Below, piece after piece: positions 1-9,726 of a DNA stretch of 64,000 bases. Under the pieces are notes generated by a model. It worked only from the letters and a program-made list of their open reading frames with translations, did no database searches and was not told where the DNA came from. Within the stretch, counting starts at the first letter, position 1. Each line of letters opens with the position of its first letter. Source of the DNA: Promethearchaeota archaeon (lineage in GTDB: Archaea; Asgardarchaeota; Lokiarchaeia; Sigyniarchaeales; SOKP01); NCBI GenBank assembly GCA_048938005.1, contig JBHLMQ010000009.1, positions 41,271-105,270 of the forward strand, read 5' to 3'. The position numbers and the translations under genes are program-made.

Positions 1-274
1 AATCCAAACAACTAAAAATGATGCTGGGGGAATAATTGGTGGAATCTCAACTGGAATGCCAATTGAATTTACTGTTGCAGTTAAACCAACTGCTTCTATA
101 GGTATCCTTCAAAAGACTGTAAATATTCAGACGATGGAAAATGTAGAAATTGAATTTTCTGGTCGGAATGATCCATGTATCGTACCTAGAATAATTCCAG
201 TCATAGAAGCTATGACAGCAAATGTTTTACTAGATTGTTTATTAATTGAAGGTTATATTCCTAGGGTTTTATAA
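1..274 (+). CDS. aroC: Chorismate synthase, C-terminal part (5'-truncated by window edge)
   Basis: Frame is open from the window edge: [34 protein letters not shown]...[10 protein letters not shown] matches the AroC GG(I/L)xGGISxG, KPTxSI and GRHDPC-like signatures. Confidence 0.9.
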   Translation, partial: [90 protein letters not shown]

Positions 275-372
275 ATCATAAGAGGCAGTAGTCCACTTTA
301 ATCATTATTATATTCAAAACAAAGATTAAAATTTATTGATAATAATTAGAGTACAATAAGGAGTGAATTAAA

Positions 373-621
373 ATGTCTGGATCAGTTCAAGAAAAATTGA
401 TCGAAGAAGTCATCAAAATAATAGACAGATGGTCCTTTGAACAGTGTGCTCATTGTGAAAATGGAACGCTAATTTCAATTGATGGAATGCTAGATTTCAA
501 ATGTAGTAAATGTGGAAAAACCATGAATCCTGCTGAATATTTAGGAGAAATTGCCAAATCTGTTTTTCATTATAGAGAAAAAATATCAAGCAATCAAGGC
601 TCACAGAATACGGAATACTAA
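373..621 (+). CDS. Small hypothetical Zn-ribbon protein
   Basis: 82 aa with CAHC...CSKC; SD-like GGAGTGA just upstream of the ATG. Confidence 0.7.
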   Translation: MSGSVQEKLIEEVIKIIDRWSFEQCAHCENGTLISIDGMLDFKCSKCGKTMNPAEYLGEIAKSVFHYREKISSNQGSQNTEY

Positions 622-699
622 ATTCTTCATTTATTTGAAAATTGAGGCTTTTTTAATATAAATTTACAACAGTTTAAGTAAATTATTAAGTTGTTTAAT

Positions 700-2127
700 A
701 TGAAATTACCGGTAAAAGCTGTTTTGATTGGATCAGGGCGCAGAGGTTTAGAGGTTTATGGAAAATATGCTCTAAAAAACAAGAAAAAACTAAAATTTAT
801 TGCTGTAGCTGAACCCATTAAAACAAGATGTAAAAAATTTGCTAAATTACATAATATTCCTTTGAAAAGATGTTATGAAAGCTGGAAAGACTTACTTTCA
901 GATGAGAAAATGGCAGATGTTGCTTTCATTTGTACTCAAGATCAAATGCACACAGAACCAACCTTGTTAGCCTTAGAAAAAGGATACCATGTGCTTTTAG
1001 AGAAACCGATGGCCAGTACTCTTAATGATTGTATTAGAATAGTAAAAAAAGTAGAAGAAACGGAAAAAATTTTAGGTGTGAGTCACGTTTTAAGATATAC
1101 TGGCTTTTTCTCAACAATTCAAGAAGTAATCCAAAAGGGGCTCCTTGGTGATATTATTAATATCACTCAGAGAGAAAATGTGATGTGGTACCATTATGCT
1201 CATAGTTATATTAGAGGACCATGGGCAAAAGTAGAAAAATCTTCTCCAATGATTTTAACAAAATGTTGTCATGACCTTGATTTACTTTTTTATATGGTTG
1301 GTTCACTTCCAAAGAAAATAAGTTCTTTTGGAAATTTATTACATTTCAAGCCTAAAAATGCGCCGGAGGGGGCTCCAGAGTATTGTTTAGATGGATGTCC
1401 TGCTAAAAACAAGTGTTTATATTATGCACCAAGAATATATGTTGATATTATCCCACAAATTCAATTAATGGAAAAAAGTGATAACAAAGCTTTAAAGATT
1501 TTAGGTTGGTTAAGAAAGAAACATGTAAATTTTTTGACATATCTCTCTAAAATAATACCTCAGTTGAAAGAAATAAGGTATTATAGAGATTTTCCAATCT
1601 ATTATTTATATACAGGAGAGAAAGAAGATTATTCAGATGAAGCAAAATTGGAAATATTAAAAACTAGCCCCTATGGTAAATGTGTATATCACTGTGATAA
1701 TAACGTGGTTGACCATCAAGTCGTAAATATTGAATTTGAAAATGGAGTTACAGCAAATTTAACCATGCATGGTTTCAGTGAACAAGAAGGGCGTACATTA
1801 AGAATTGATGGAACAAAAGCAACATTATTGGGAGAGTTTCATATAAGCGGCGAAAAAATACTTTTATATGACCATTTTACTGGAGAAGAAAAACTTGTTT
1901 ATAAGAAAAAGCTTACACGTGAATCCGGTGAACATGGTGTGGGTGATTTTGAGTTAATAGATGCATTTATTGAATTACTTATCAACAAAAGTAAAATCCA
2001 ACCTTTAACAAATGCGCGAGATTCCCTTGAGAGTCATTTAATGGCATTTGCCGCTAATGAATCGCGCTTAAAGGGAACAATAATTGATATGGAAAAGTTT
2101 CGTTTAAATACTTATAAATCAGAATAA
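700..2127 (+). CDS. Gfo/Idh/MocA family NAD(P)-dependent oxidoreductase
   Basis: N-terminal Rossmann GSGRRG, LLEKPMA motif, CCHDLD; ATG at 700 preferred over TTG at 691. Confidence 0.9.
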   Translation: MKLPVKAVLIGSGRRGLEVYGKYALKNKKKLKFIAVAEPIKTRCKKFAKLHNIPLKRCYESWKDLLSDEKMADVAFICTQDQMHTEPTLLALEKGYHVLLEKPMASTLNDCIRIVKKVEETEKILGVSHVLRYTGFFSTIQEVIQKGLLGDIINITQRENVMWYHYAHSYIRGPWAKVEKSSPMILTKCCHDLDLLFYMVGSLPKKISSFGNLLHFKPKNAPEGAPEYCLDGCPAKNKCLYYAPRIYVDIIPQIQLMEKSDNKALKILGWLRKKHVNFLTYLSKIIPQLKEIRYYRDFPIYYLYTGEKEDYSDEAKLEILKTSPYGKCVYHCDNNVVDHQVVNIEFENGVTANLTMHGFSEQEGRTLRIDGTKATLLGEFHISGEKILLYDHFTGEEKLVYKKKLTRESGEHGVGDFELIDAFIELLINKSKIQPLTNARDSLESHLMAFAANESRLKGTIIDMEKFRLNTYKSE

Positions 2128-2238
2128 CTTCAAAAAGAAGAAATAATGTTTGAACAGAAAAATTTTGGTTAATTTTATTACAATTGAGATAATAAAATAT
2201 TATATATTTAATATTAAATTTTGGATTGTTAAAATAGA

Positions 2239-2466
2239 ATGGATAAGAAAATCGATACTTCTTCCCAATTTATAGAATTCTATAAAAAGAAAGGGGATTA
2301 TTTAGTTTCTCTTTCAGAGAATCATTTTAAAAATATAGAATATCGAAAATGCCTTGAATTATTAAATGAAGCCTACGGAATGTACATGAAAGGGAATTAT
2401 ACTGAACTCGCTGAAAAAACCAAACAGAGATTCATAGAAATAAAAGAAAAATATTTTAAAAAGTAA
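2239..2466 (+). CDS. Small helical hypothetical protein (TPR-like hairpin)
   Basis: 75 aa ORF filling the intergenic space; YRKCLELLNEAYGMY has a TPR-like pattern. Confidence 0.6.
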   Translation: MDKKIDTSSQFIEFYKKKGDYLVSLSENHFKNIEYRKCLELLNEAYGMYMKGNYTELAEKTKQRFIEIKEKYFKK

Positions 2467-2471
2467 AAATT

Positions 2472-2966
2472 TCAATCAAATTCTAAATTTTTGCCTAATT
2501 TATTCTCAATATCTTCAATATGAGATCCTTCCCAGTATATTTTTTTGCATTGAGGATTTGAGCACTGATAAAATTCATTGTAATGATTGTATGTTTCTTT
2601 TAAGACATGCTCCTTTATTGTACTTTTATTAGCAATTCTCTTTAACTGCGAATTACAGATTGAACACCTCGCTTTTTCAATATTAAATTTAAAACTTAAA
2701 TTAAAATGATTTTTAAGTTGATTTAAGTAGTGATATATACCTTCTCCTTTAAGATATACACTATTCTCAATATAGCTCTTAAATAAGGGATAATCTTTTG
2801 TGATGATAATTCTATCATTTTTTTTAGCATAATCTATTAGCATTTCATCAGGAACAGGATCTATCTTAAAATATTCAATAAGATCATTGGCATATATTGT
2901 GTCAAATCCAAAAATTCTTAGAAATCGAGCTAATCTGCCCAACATAGAATCAACTAAAAATTTCAT
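2472..2966 (-). CDS. Mut7-C RNase (PIN-like) domain protein with Zn ribbon
   Basis: KFLVDSMLGRLARFLRIFGFDT, IITKD, RCSICN and C..C.KIYWEGSH are Mut7-C hallmarks. Confidence 0.9.
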   Translation of the reverse strand: MKFLVDSMLGRLARFLRIFGFDTIYANDLIEYFKIDPVPDEMLIDYAKKNDRIIITKDYPLFKSYIENSVYLKGEGIYHYLNQLKNHFNLSFKFNIEKARCSICNSQLKRIANKSTIKEHVLKETYNHYNEFYQCSNPQCKKIYWEGSHIEDIENKLGKNLEFD

Positions 2967-3041
2967 ATTAAAGAGGTTAAGCTTTTATTAAGTAACTTTA
3001 GATCAAATATATTTAAGCAAAAAAAAATATTATTAATTTAA

Positions 3042-3569
3042 ATGGAAGCTAAAGAATTGATGGAAAAAGCAGTAAGATTTCATGGACACATTTGTCCAGG
3101 TCTAGCAATTGGAGTTTTAGCTGCTAAATATGTTTTAGAACATGGTCATGATTATTCTCCTAATGAGGAGTTAGTTGCTGTTGTTGAGAATGATAATTGC
3201 AGCGTTGATGCCCTCCAAGTTTTATTAGGTACAACTTTTGGAAAGGGTAATCTTATACATCAAGATTATGGTAAAAATAATTATTACATTTATGATAGAA
3301 GGACCGAAAAAAGCATCAGATTAGCATTAAAAAGTGGTAAAATTGGTAATAAAAAGCAAACGAGAGATGAAAAAATTCAGTTTTTATTGAAAGCTAAACC
3401 AGAAGATATCTTCAATATTTATGAAATTGAATTCAATCCCCCTGGATTAGCTCAAATTGAAGAATCTGTACCATGTGAGGTATGTGGAGAACTTACTATG
3501 AATAGTAGGCTTATGACGTATAATGATTCTGAAATGTGTATTTCTTGCTATAAAAAAATGAGAAAATAA
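3042..3569 (+). CDS. fmdE: FmdE/FwdE family protein with C-terminal C4 Zn finger
   Basis: FHGHICPG, C.VDA.Q...G.T.GKGN, terminal CEVCGE...CISC. Confidence 0.85.
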   Translation: MEAKELMEKAVRFHGHICPGLAIGVLAAKYVLEHGHDYSPNEELVAVVENDNCSVDALQVLLGTTFGKGNLIHQDYGKNNYYIYDRRTEKSIRLALKSGKIGNKKQTRDEKIQFLLKAKPEDIFNIYEIEFNPPGLAQIEESVPCEVCGELTMNSRLMTYNDSEMCISCYKKMRK

Positions 3570-3680
3570 TTAAAATTAATTTCTTTTAAATCTAATGCTT
3601 TAGGACAGATATATCTAACCATTTTCTAACATATAGGGATTCTCATTATTTTTTAATTGCGTATATAAATGTGAGACAAA

Positions 3681-4445
3681 ATGGATAATAATAATCCAAC
3701 AATAATGGCCGATGCTGGTCCATTTTATTTTGAAGGAAGTAAGATTGGAATCCTCATGATACATGGAGGCGGTGGAGGAACATGTGCAGATTTAAAGCCT
3801 CTAGCAGAAGATTTGCATATAAAAGGAGGTTATACTATAAAAGTTCCCTTACTTCCTGGATTTGGAAGTTCCCCTGAAGATTTAAAAAACACTCAGATTG
3901 ACGAATGGAAATCTGCTTTAGAACAAGAAATAACAACATTAATGGATATCTGTAATAGGATAATTGTAGGTGGGCATTCTATGGGGGGAGCTTTAACTTT
4001 AATATTAGCATCAAAATATCGCTTTGATGGAATTTTTACAATTAGTGCTCCCATAGGAGCTCGATCATTTCTAATTAATCTAGTTCCTTTATTCAAAATT
4101 TTCGTAAAATATCATAAAATTCCTTCTGAACAATTCAGAAAAGATACAAATGGAAAGTGGGTGGGGTATGATAAGATTCCTGTAAATATTGGGATAAAAG
4201 CAAAAAAATTGATGAGAGAACTGAGACAATCTTTAGTAAAAATAAATTGTCCAATATTATTATTTCAAGGTCGATTAGATTCTGATATTAAAAAAAAGAG
4301 TATGGATTATATTTTCAATAAAATTAGTTCTAAGAATAAAAAGAAAATATGGTTAGAACATAATAGTCATCCAATATTATGCAGCCCTGATCATAATCAA
4401 ATTGTATCTGAACTTTTTAATTTTATTCATGAAATTTGTCCTTAA
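3681..4445 (+). CDS. Carboxylesterase (alpha/beta hydrolase)
   Basis: PFYFEG start, IHGG, nucleophile elbow GHSMGG, downstream Asp and His (SHPI). Confidence 0.85.
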   Translation: MDNNNPTIMADAGPFYFEGSKIGILMIHGGGGGTCADLKPLAEDLHIKGGYTIKVPLLPGFGSSPEDLKNTQIDEWKSALEQEITTLMDICNRIIVGGHSMGGALTLILASKYRFDGIFTISAPIGARSFLINLVPLFKIFVKYHKIPSEQFRKDTNGKWVGYDKIPVNIGIKAKKLMRELRQSLVKINCPILLFQGRLDSDIKKKSMDYIFNKISSKNKKKIWLEHNSHPILCSPDHNQIVSELFNFIHEICP

Positions 4446-4661
4446 ATTATTTATTCATAATTAAATTACTAAAAATATCGAAGAGTAGACTTTTGTAATT
4501 TTTGAAAACTTAAATCATGATTAATACATATTTATTATCCAAGGTAATAGGGAATCAATTCTTTATTTTTGTGAAAATACAAGAAATTCCATTAGAGATA
4601 TTTAAGGAAATCTTAATAAGACAACATTTTTAAACTATTGTATAAATAGGATGATTAATTT

Positions 4662-5888
4662 ATGATTAAAAACATAAGTAAGGGACATACTTTATTAGTA
4701 AAAGGTCCAGCAAGAATAACTATATTAGAAGGAAAAATTGATGTTTTTGGGAAAATTTATCTTCCAAAAAAAGAGTTATCGACGGATTCATCCACAAATG
4801 ATGGAAATGTTTTAATAATCCCTGGTGCCCAAGTTTTTCCTCTATTTGCACTAGTTAATTCAAAATTAGATGCATATACTAATTTTGAAGAAAATCTTAA
4901 ATTAATTGAAGAAAATTCTGTTTCTCTTAAGTGGATTGAAATTAAAGATTCTATTATTCAAAAGTTGAAAGAAAATCCTAATACTCCTTTAAAGATAATG
5001 GTTTTAGGAATTAGCAGTGGAAAAACAACATTCATTAAATATTTAGCAAACAATTTTCTTCAGGAAGGATTAAAAGGTGGATATCTTGATTCAGATCTCG
5101 GGCAACAGATTATATATATTCCAACCACAATCAATATAGGTTCCATTGATGATTATATTATTTCAAGCGAGAATATAAAATCTGAAAAAACAGTCTTTAT
5201 TGGCGCCACTTTTCCGAAAGGAGACTATAAATTCATAGTTTCTCTATCATCTAGGCAATTAATTGATGATTTTATTGTTAATCATAAGGATATCGATTTC
5301 ATTTTAATTGATACAGATGGTTGGATTAAAACTGAGGCAGGGATTCTTTATAAAAATTTTTTTATCAAAACAGTGGATCCGGATATAATTATTGTATTTC
5401 ATGATGATAGCATTGAGGAATTAAAAAGCATTGAAGAAACCTCATCAAGTTCAAGAAAAGACCGAAAAATATTTCTAATCAAAGAAAAAAATAAATATTT
5501 CTATGAAAAAGATAAGGAAGAAAGAAGATTTTTACGCCAAAGTCAATTTTCTAAGAAATTTGAGGCGTTTAGAAAGATTTCAATTCCTTTAAACAGTATG
5601 AAATTCATAAAGACAGAATATAATAAGGAAAAAGATCAAATTATTGAAAAGGAGATAAATATTAATGAACTAGTTGATCTTCCTTACCATTATGTAATAA
5701 TTGGTTTAATGTCTGAAAAATCTGAGTTAATAGAAATAGGGCTACTGTTCACAATAAATATTGAGAAAAATTATATCTTATTATATTCTAGCTTAACTTA
5801 TAAACAACAACTTGATGTAAAGAAAATATTATTAGGAAGTTTACGATTATCTACCAAAGGAAATCACCAAGGGTACTTGTACCTCTAA
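4662..5888 (+). CDS. Clp1/Grc3/Nol9-like polynucleotide 5'-kinase
   Basis: N-terminal TLLVKGPA beta domain, P-loop SGKTT, DSDLGQ, IDTDGW, ERRFLR lid. Confidence 0.8.
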   Translation: MIKNISKGHTLLVKGPARITILEGKIDVFGKIYLPKKELSTDSSTNDGNVLIIPGAQVFPLFALVNSKLDAYTNFEENLKLIEENSVSLKWIEIKDSIIQKLKENPNTPLKIMVLGISSGKTTFIKYLANNFLQEGLKGGYLDSDLGQQIIYIPTTINIGSIDDYIISSENIKSEKTVFIGATFPKGDYKFIVSLSSRQLIDDFIVNHKDIDFILIDTDGWIKTEAGILYKNFFIKTVDPDIIIVFHDDSIEELKSIEETSSSSRKDRKIFLIKEKNKYFYEKDKEERRFLRQSQFSKKFEAFRKISIPLNSMKFIKTEYNKEKDQIIEKEININELVDLPYHYVIIGLMSEKSELIEIGLLFTINIEKNYILLYSSLTYKQQLDVKKILLGSLRLSTKGNHQGYLYL

Positions 5889-6018
5889 TTAGAATGACAA
5901 AATACTACGACTAAGTCTCTAATTTTTAGTGTGTAAAAAAATTTGTAATATTCTTTTCAGTATTTATTAAACGATATTTAACTAATTTTTTTAAATTGAG
6001 GAGTAATTATATTAATTT

Positions 6019-7458
6019 ATGGATGAGGATCTTCTCACTAAGTTTCTTAAATTAATGTCCACTAAAATTTCAGACAATGACCTTGAATTAATAAATTTGG
6101 GAAGATCTTTAGGATTAGATTTAGTATCTTTTGCTGAATTACGAGCCTCCCAAGAAGATGAATTTGCTGATGAGGTAAGGAAAAGAGCAATAGAAAGGAT
6201 GGAAAAAGATGGAGATAATCTTTTGGATAATACAGACTCCTTTTATGCAGGAAGTATTGATTTCATGGTATCTGATGAACCTGAAGGAAAAAAGTTTTTT
6301 CTTTTAGAAACAAATGGTGGATCTCATCGTGGGCTTTCAATTATTACTAAAAAACAGCAAGCACTTCTATATGATGGTTATTATGAAGCCATTCTTCAAG
6401 CGTTGAAAAAAAACAATAAAATGGATAAAAAAATATTTGTATTAATTGGAGTACCTGTCAATGATGGATTAATTCATGAAAAAGTAATAATGACCGAATA
6501 TTTAAGAAAAAAGCTGAAATCTAACGAATATTCAATTAAAATTTTTAATACAGATAATTATGATAAACATTTCAAGGCAAAAATCATAATCTTGATAGCT
6601 GATTACCGACAATTATCCCGATCTCTCTCTTTCTCAAATAATTGGATTAAATTTAATGGAGAGGAGGTGAGTGTATTAATAGGAGATGGGATTACAAGGC
6701 GTCTCGCAAATAAGGAGTTTTCTGAATTAATTAAGAAAGATTTCCGAAGAATAAAGTCAATTATAGTAAATCCAATCTTTAGAATAACCGATGATAAATC
6801 TCTAACATATTTGGCAAGCTTTTTTAGTAAAGATACTCTCAAGAAGTATAATTTGAGGTATTTATTATTTACCAAAGCATATACAGAAAAAGAATTAATA
6901 AATAAATTGGTATATCTCATTAACACATATCAGAGATCTTTTATTATAAAACCTAGTGGAGGTTCTGGGGGTGCTGGCGTTATGCCAGTTTCGCAAGATG
7001 AAGATTCATATAGTATTAAAAAAATTGTCGAAGATAGTAAAAGGGAATTCTTTGCCAAGTTCATGAAAAATCGTGATCCTTTTCCATACACAATTCAAGA
7101 AATGGCTGATTTCTCTCTGATTGATTGGCGTGAAGGAAAACATACATTTGATTTACGAATCTATTTAGCCCAAAGAGAAGGTAAGGTTATCCCTATAGGT
7201 GGTTTGGCCAGAATTGCTCGTGGAGAATATAGTGGAAGCCTTAATAAGCAAGAATTTGTAGTTAACTTATCAGGCTATAATGGTCAAATTGAAGTTGATC
7301 GTGGACTTGGATTCTCTAAAGAAAAATGTAAAGTATTAAATCTGACAAAAGATGATTTTGTAAGTATGTTTTGCATAGGTTGTGTATTATTTGCTGGCAT
7401 TGTTAAAAATTATAATAAAATTATTAAATTCTCAGATTGGGATAAAATCATTGATTGA
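6019..7458 (+). CDS. Circularly permuted ATP-grasp (amide/peptide) ligase
   Basis: Metal-binding strands SIDFMV...FLLETNG lie at the N-terminus; DDKSL, IIKPSGGSGGAGV, TIQE, FDLRIY, GGLARIA and VVNLS lie in the C-terminal half. Confidence 0.75.
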   Translation: MDEDLLTKFLKLMSTKISDNDLELINLGRSLGLDLVSFAELRASQEDEFADEVRKRAIERMEKDGDNLLDNTDSFYAGSIDFMVSDEPEGKKFFLLETNGGSHRGLSIITKKQQALLYDGYYEAILQALKKNNKMDKKIFVLIGVPVNDGLIHEKVIMTEYLRKKLKSNEYSIKIFNTDNYDKHFKAKIIILIADYRQLSRSLSFSNNWIKFNGEEVSVLIGDGITRRLANKEFSELIKKDFRRIKSIIVNPIFRITDDKSLTYLASFFSKDTLKKYNLRYLLFTKAYTEKELINKLVYLINTYQRSFIIKPSGGSGGAGVMPVSQDEDSYSIKKIVEDSKREFFAKFMKNRDPFPYTIQEMADFSLIDWREGKHTFDLRIYLAQREGKVIPIGGLARIARGEYSGSLNKQEFVVNLSGYNGQIEVDRGLGFSKEKCKVLNLTKDDFVSMFCIGCVLFAGIVKNYNKIIKFSDWDKIID

Positions 7459-7459
7459 A

Positions 7460-8620
7460 ATGAATCTAGATACATTTAAGGCACTATTAAATTTCTCTCA
7501 TCGATACCAATTATACAATAAAATATTAAATGAATTAGAAAAAGTTGAAAAATTAGATTTTACATTTTATCAGACTTATGAGACATCTGAAGGAATTATC
7601 CCTCTTATAAAAATCGCAGATAAAACTAATCTTGAGGAAATTAAGCATGTTAAAGTCTTCATTGGAGCTCAGCATAACGAATATAATGGACTTTTTAGTA
7701 TGTTAAGATTTTTTAGGTTATTAAGAGAAGAGCGAATTAAAATTAATGAGGTTATCAAAACTAATCAAGTGCTCTTTTTCTTACCTATATTAAATCCTTT
7801 TGGGTTCCTTAATCCTAATAAAAATAATAAATCTGGATATTATTTAAAAAATGGTACAAATCTTAATAGATTCTGGCGCAGAGCATTCGCTCCTGAATAT
7901 AAAAACGGAAAGGAGGATTTAAATAATCTTCCAACACCTGAACAAGTCTTAATTGTGAAAGATCTGCTTCAAGAATATTGGGATAACGAGGAAACTTATA
8001 TATATATATTAGATTTCCATGAAACCTCTTTACTGGAAAGATTTCCGATTGAATTAAGTACAAATCTAAATCCTTTTTATAAATTTGATCATTGGCTAAA
8101 AGAAGGGATGATATTAAACATTATAAAACTTTATGGGATTCCTTATTATCGTAAACCACTCTTTTTCAAATGTACTCCTTCTGCCGATCACACTCATCTA
8201 AATTTGACTCACAAACAGTTTGAGACGGTTTATGAAAAACTCCATGATTATATGACAAAAAACCAAGGAAAAGGAAAATTACCCTTTTATTTTTGCTACA
8301 GCAACAAGAGTAGAGATTACTGCCTGAAACTTGCTAATAAAGTTTATAATAAATTGAAAGAGAAATTATGGGAAACTTATTTTCCTGCTTTTGATCATTA
8401 TTTCCATGATCATGGTTGTTTTGTAAGAATGAGTGATGCAACACCACGCCCTAGAGTATATTCTATGGAGTTAGAGTCCCAAAAACATTTCTTTAATATA
8501 TTTGAAGAAATTAAAAAATCAAAATCAGATCCTAATTATTTCAAAAATAAACTTAGTCTTATTGATTTAAGTATAGAATTAGCACTGGAGACTATTAAAG
8601 AAATGATAGAATTATTTTAA
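7460..8620 (+). CDS. M14-like zinc carboxypeptidase/deacylase
   Basis: GAQHNE, NPFG, NLNR, DFHE and a C-terminal MELE; ATG at 7460 sits 1 nt after the upstream stop. Confidence 0.7.
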   Translation: MNLDTFKALLNFSHRYQLYNKILNELEKVEKLDFTFYQTYETSEGIIPLIKIADKTNLEEIKHVKVFIGAQHNEYNGLFSMLRFFRLLREERIKINEVIKTNQVLFFLPILNPFGFLNPNKNNKSGYYLKNGTNLNRFWRRAFAPEYKNGKEDLNNLPTPEQVLIVKDLLQEYWDNEETYIYILDFHETSLLERFPIELSTNLNPFYKFDHWLKEGMILNIIKLYGIPYYRKPLFFKCTPSADHTHLNLTHKQFETVYEKLHDYMTKNQGKGKLPFYFCYSNKSRDYCLKLANKVYNKLKEKLWETYFPAFDHYFHDHGCFVRMSDATPRPRVYSMELESQKHFFNIFEEIKKSKSDPNYFKNKLSLIDLSIELALETIKEMIELF

Positions 8621-8656
8621 CTGTTACCAAATAGGAAAATTGAACATGATATAAAA

Positions 8657-9655
8657 CTATGAACTTATGAAATTTAGGGTTGCTCCTACTAAAACACATT
8701 CGTTTTTTTTCTGTGAGTGACCCCCTTTTTTCAATATTAATACGTTCTTCTTTGGAGACTCTAAAATTAGTCTATTTTCTATTAAATTTTTGAATTTTAT
8801 TATCCTGTCGTTTTTACAATGAATTAACATAACTTTTTTAGAAAAATCTTCCCATTCTTCTGGAGTTAGTTCATTTTTAGCATTTTTTATTAAAAAATAA
8901 GGAGATAATCGATTATTTTCTTCTATAGTTGGAAATAATTTTACCCTTTTAAATAAATAACTCATAATAACAACAGGATTGTATTTTGGAATATTTTGCT
9001 TGTAATGAGACATAGAAGAAATTGCAATAATTTTTTCAATCTCTTTATTTAAAAAACCTCCAGATAAAACTGTAATGGCACCGATACTAAAACCAATGCA
9101 ATAAATTTTCTTATTTGAATACTCTTCTTGATTTTTTACCCATTCAATTATTTTTTTAAAATCTTCAATCCTTTTTAAAAAATCGCTTCTCTTTCCAGTT
9201 TTTTTAGATTTTCCCGTACCTCTTGCATCATAAGCTAAAATAATATAGCCTTGATAAGCGAGTGGAAAATATAAATATTGAAGTTTCTCTTTTGTATCGG
9301 AAAAGCCATGACATATTATAATTATTGCATTCTTTGTATTAATTTTAGCTTGCTCCCTACATTTTACTAGATTCACTGATAAAAATCCATCAGAAACATT
9401 AATTTTTACATTTAAAACGTGTAGTTCCTTGAGAAAGAGTCTTCTCCAACGATCAAACCATAGATCTCTAAACGACCAATAAATTTCAAAAGGAGTATAT
9501 ATAATTAAAAATGTGGTTGTTGATAAGATAAAACATCTTGAAAAAGCAGTTGTATAACATGGATTTCCTAACCAAATATTTACTTCCCAAATATACCAGC
9601 TGAATAAAATATCAATAAATATTAATATTATGCGTTTTAGAGTATTTGAAATCAA
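8657..9655 (-). CDS. Membrane-anchored alpha/beta hydrolase
   Basis: Two N-terminal hydrophobic segments, CHGF, YDARGTG, GFSIG elbow, D and GGH triad residues. Confidence 0.8.
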   Translation of the reverse strand: MISNTLKRIILIFIDILFSWYIWEVNIWLGNPCYTTAFSRCFILSTTTFLIIYTPFEIYWSFRDLWFDRWRRLFLKELHVLNVKINVSDGFLSVNLVKCREQAKINTKNAIIIICHGFSDTKEKLQYLYFPLAYQGYIILAYDARGTGKSKKTGKRSDFLKRIEDFKKIIEWVKNQEEYSNKKIYCIGFSIGAITVLSGGFLNKEIEKIIAISSMSHYKQNIPKYNPVVIMSYLFKRVKLFPTIEENNRLSPYFLIKNAKNELTPEEWEDFSKKVMLIHCKNDRIIKFKNLIENRLILESPKKNVLILKKGGHSQKKNECVLVGATLNFISS

Positions 9656-9726
9656 ACTTTCTCACAAGAAGAATGTAATCAATAGTGATTTAGGCGTTTA
9701 ATTATTAAAAAGATAAAGAATAAATT

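Noticed and set aside
7382-7459. N-terminal extension of the M14-like ORF given in the track
   Set aside because: It overlaps the ligase gene; ATG 7460 immediately after the ligase stop is the more plausible start.
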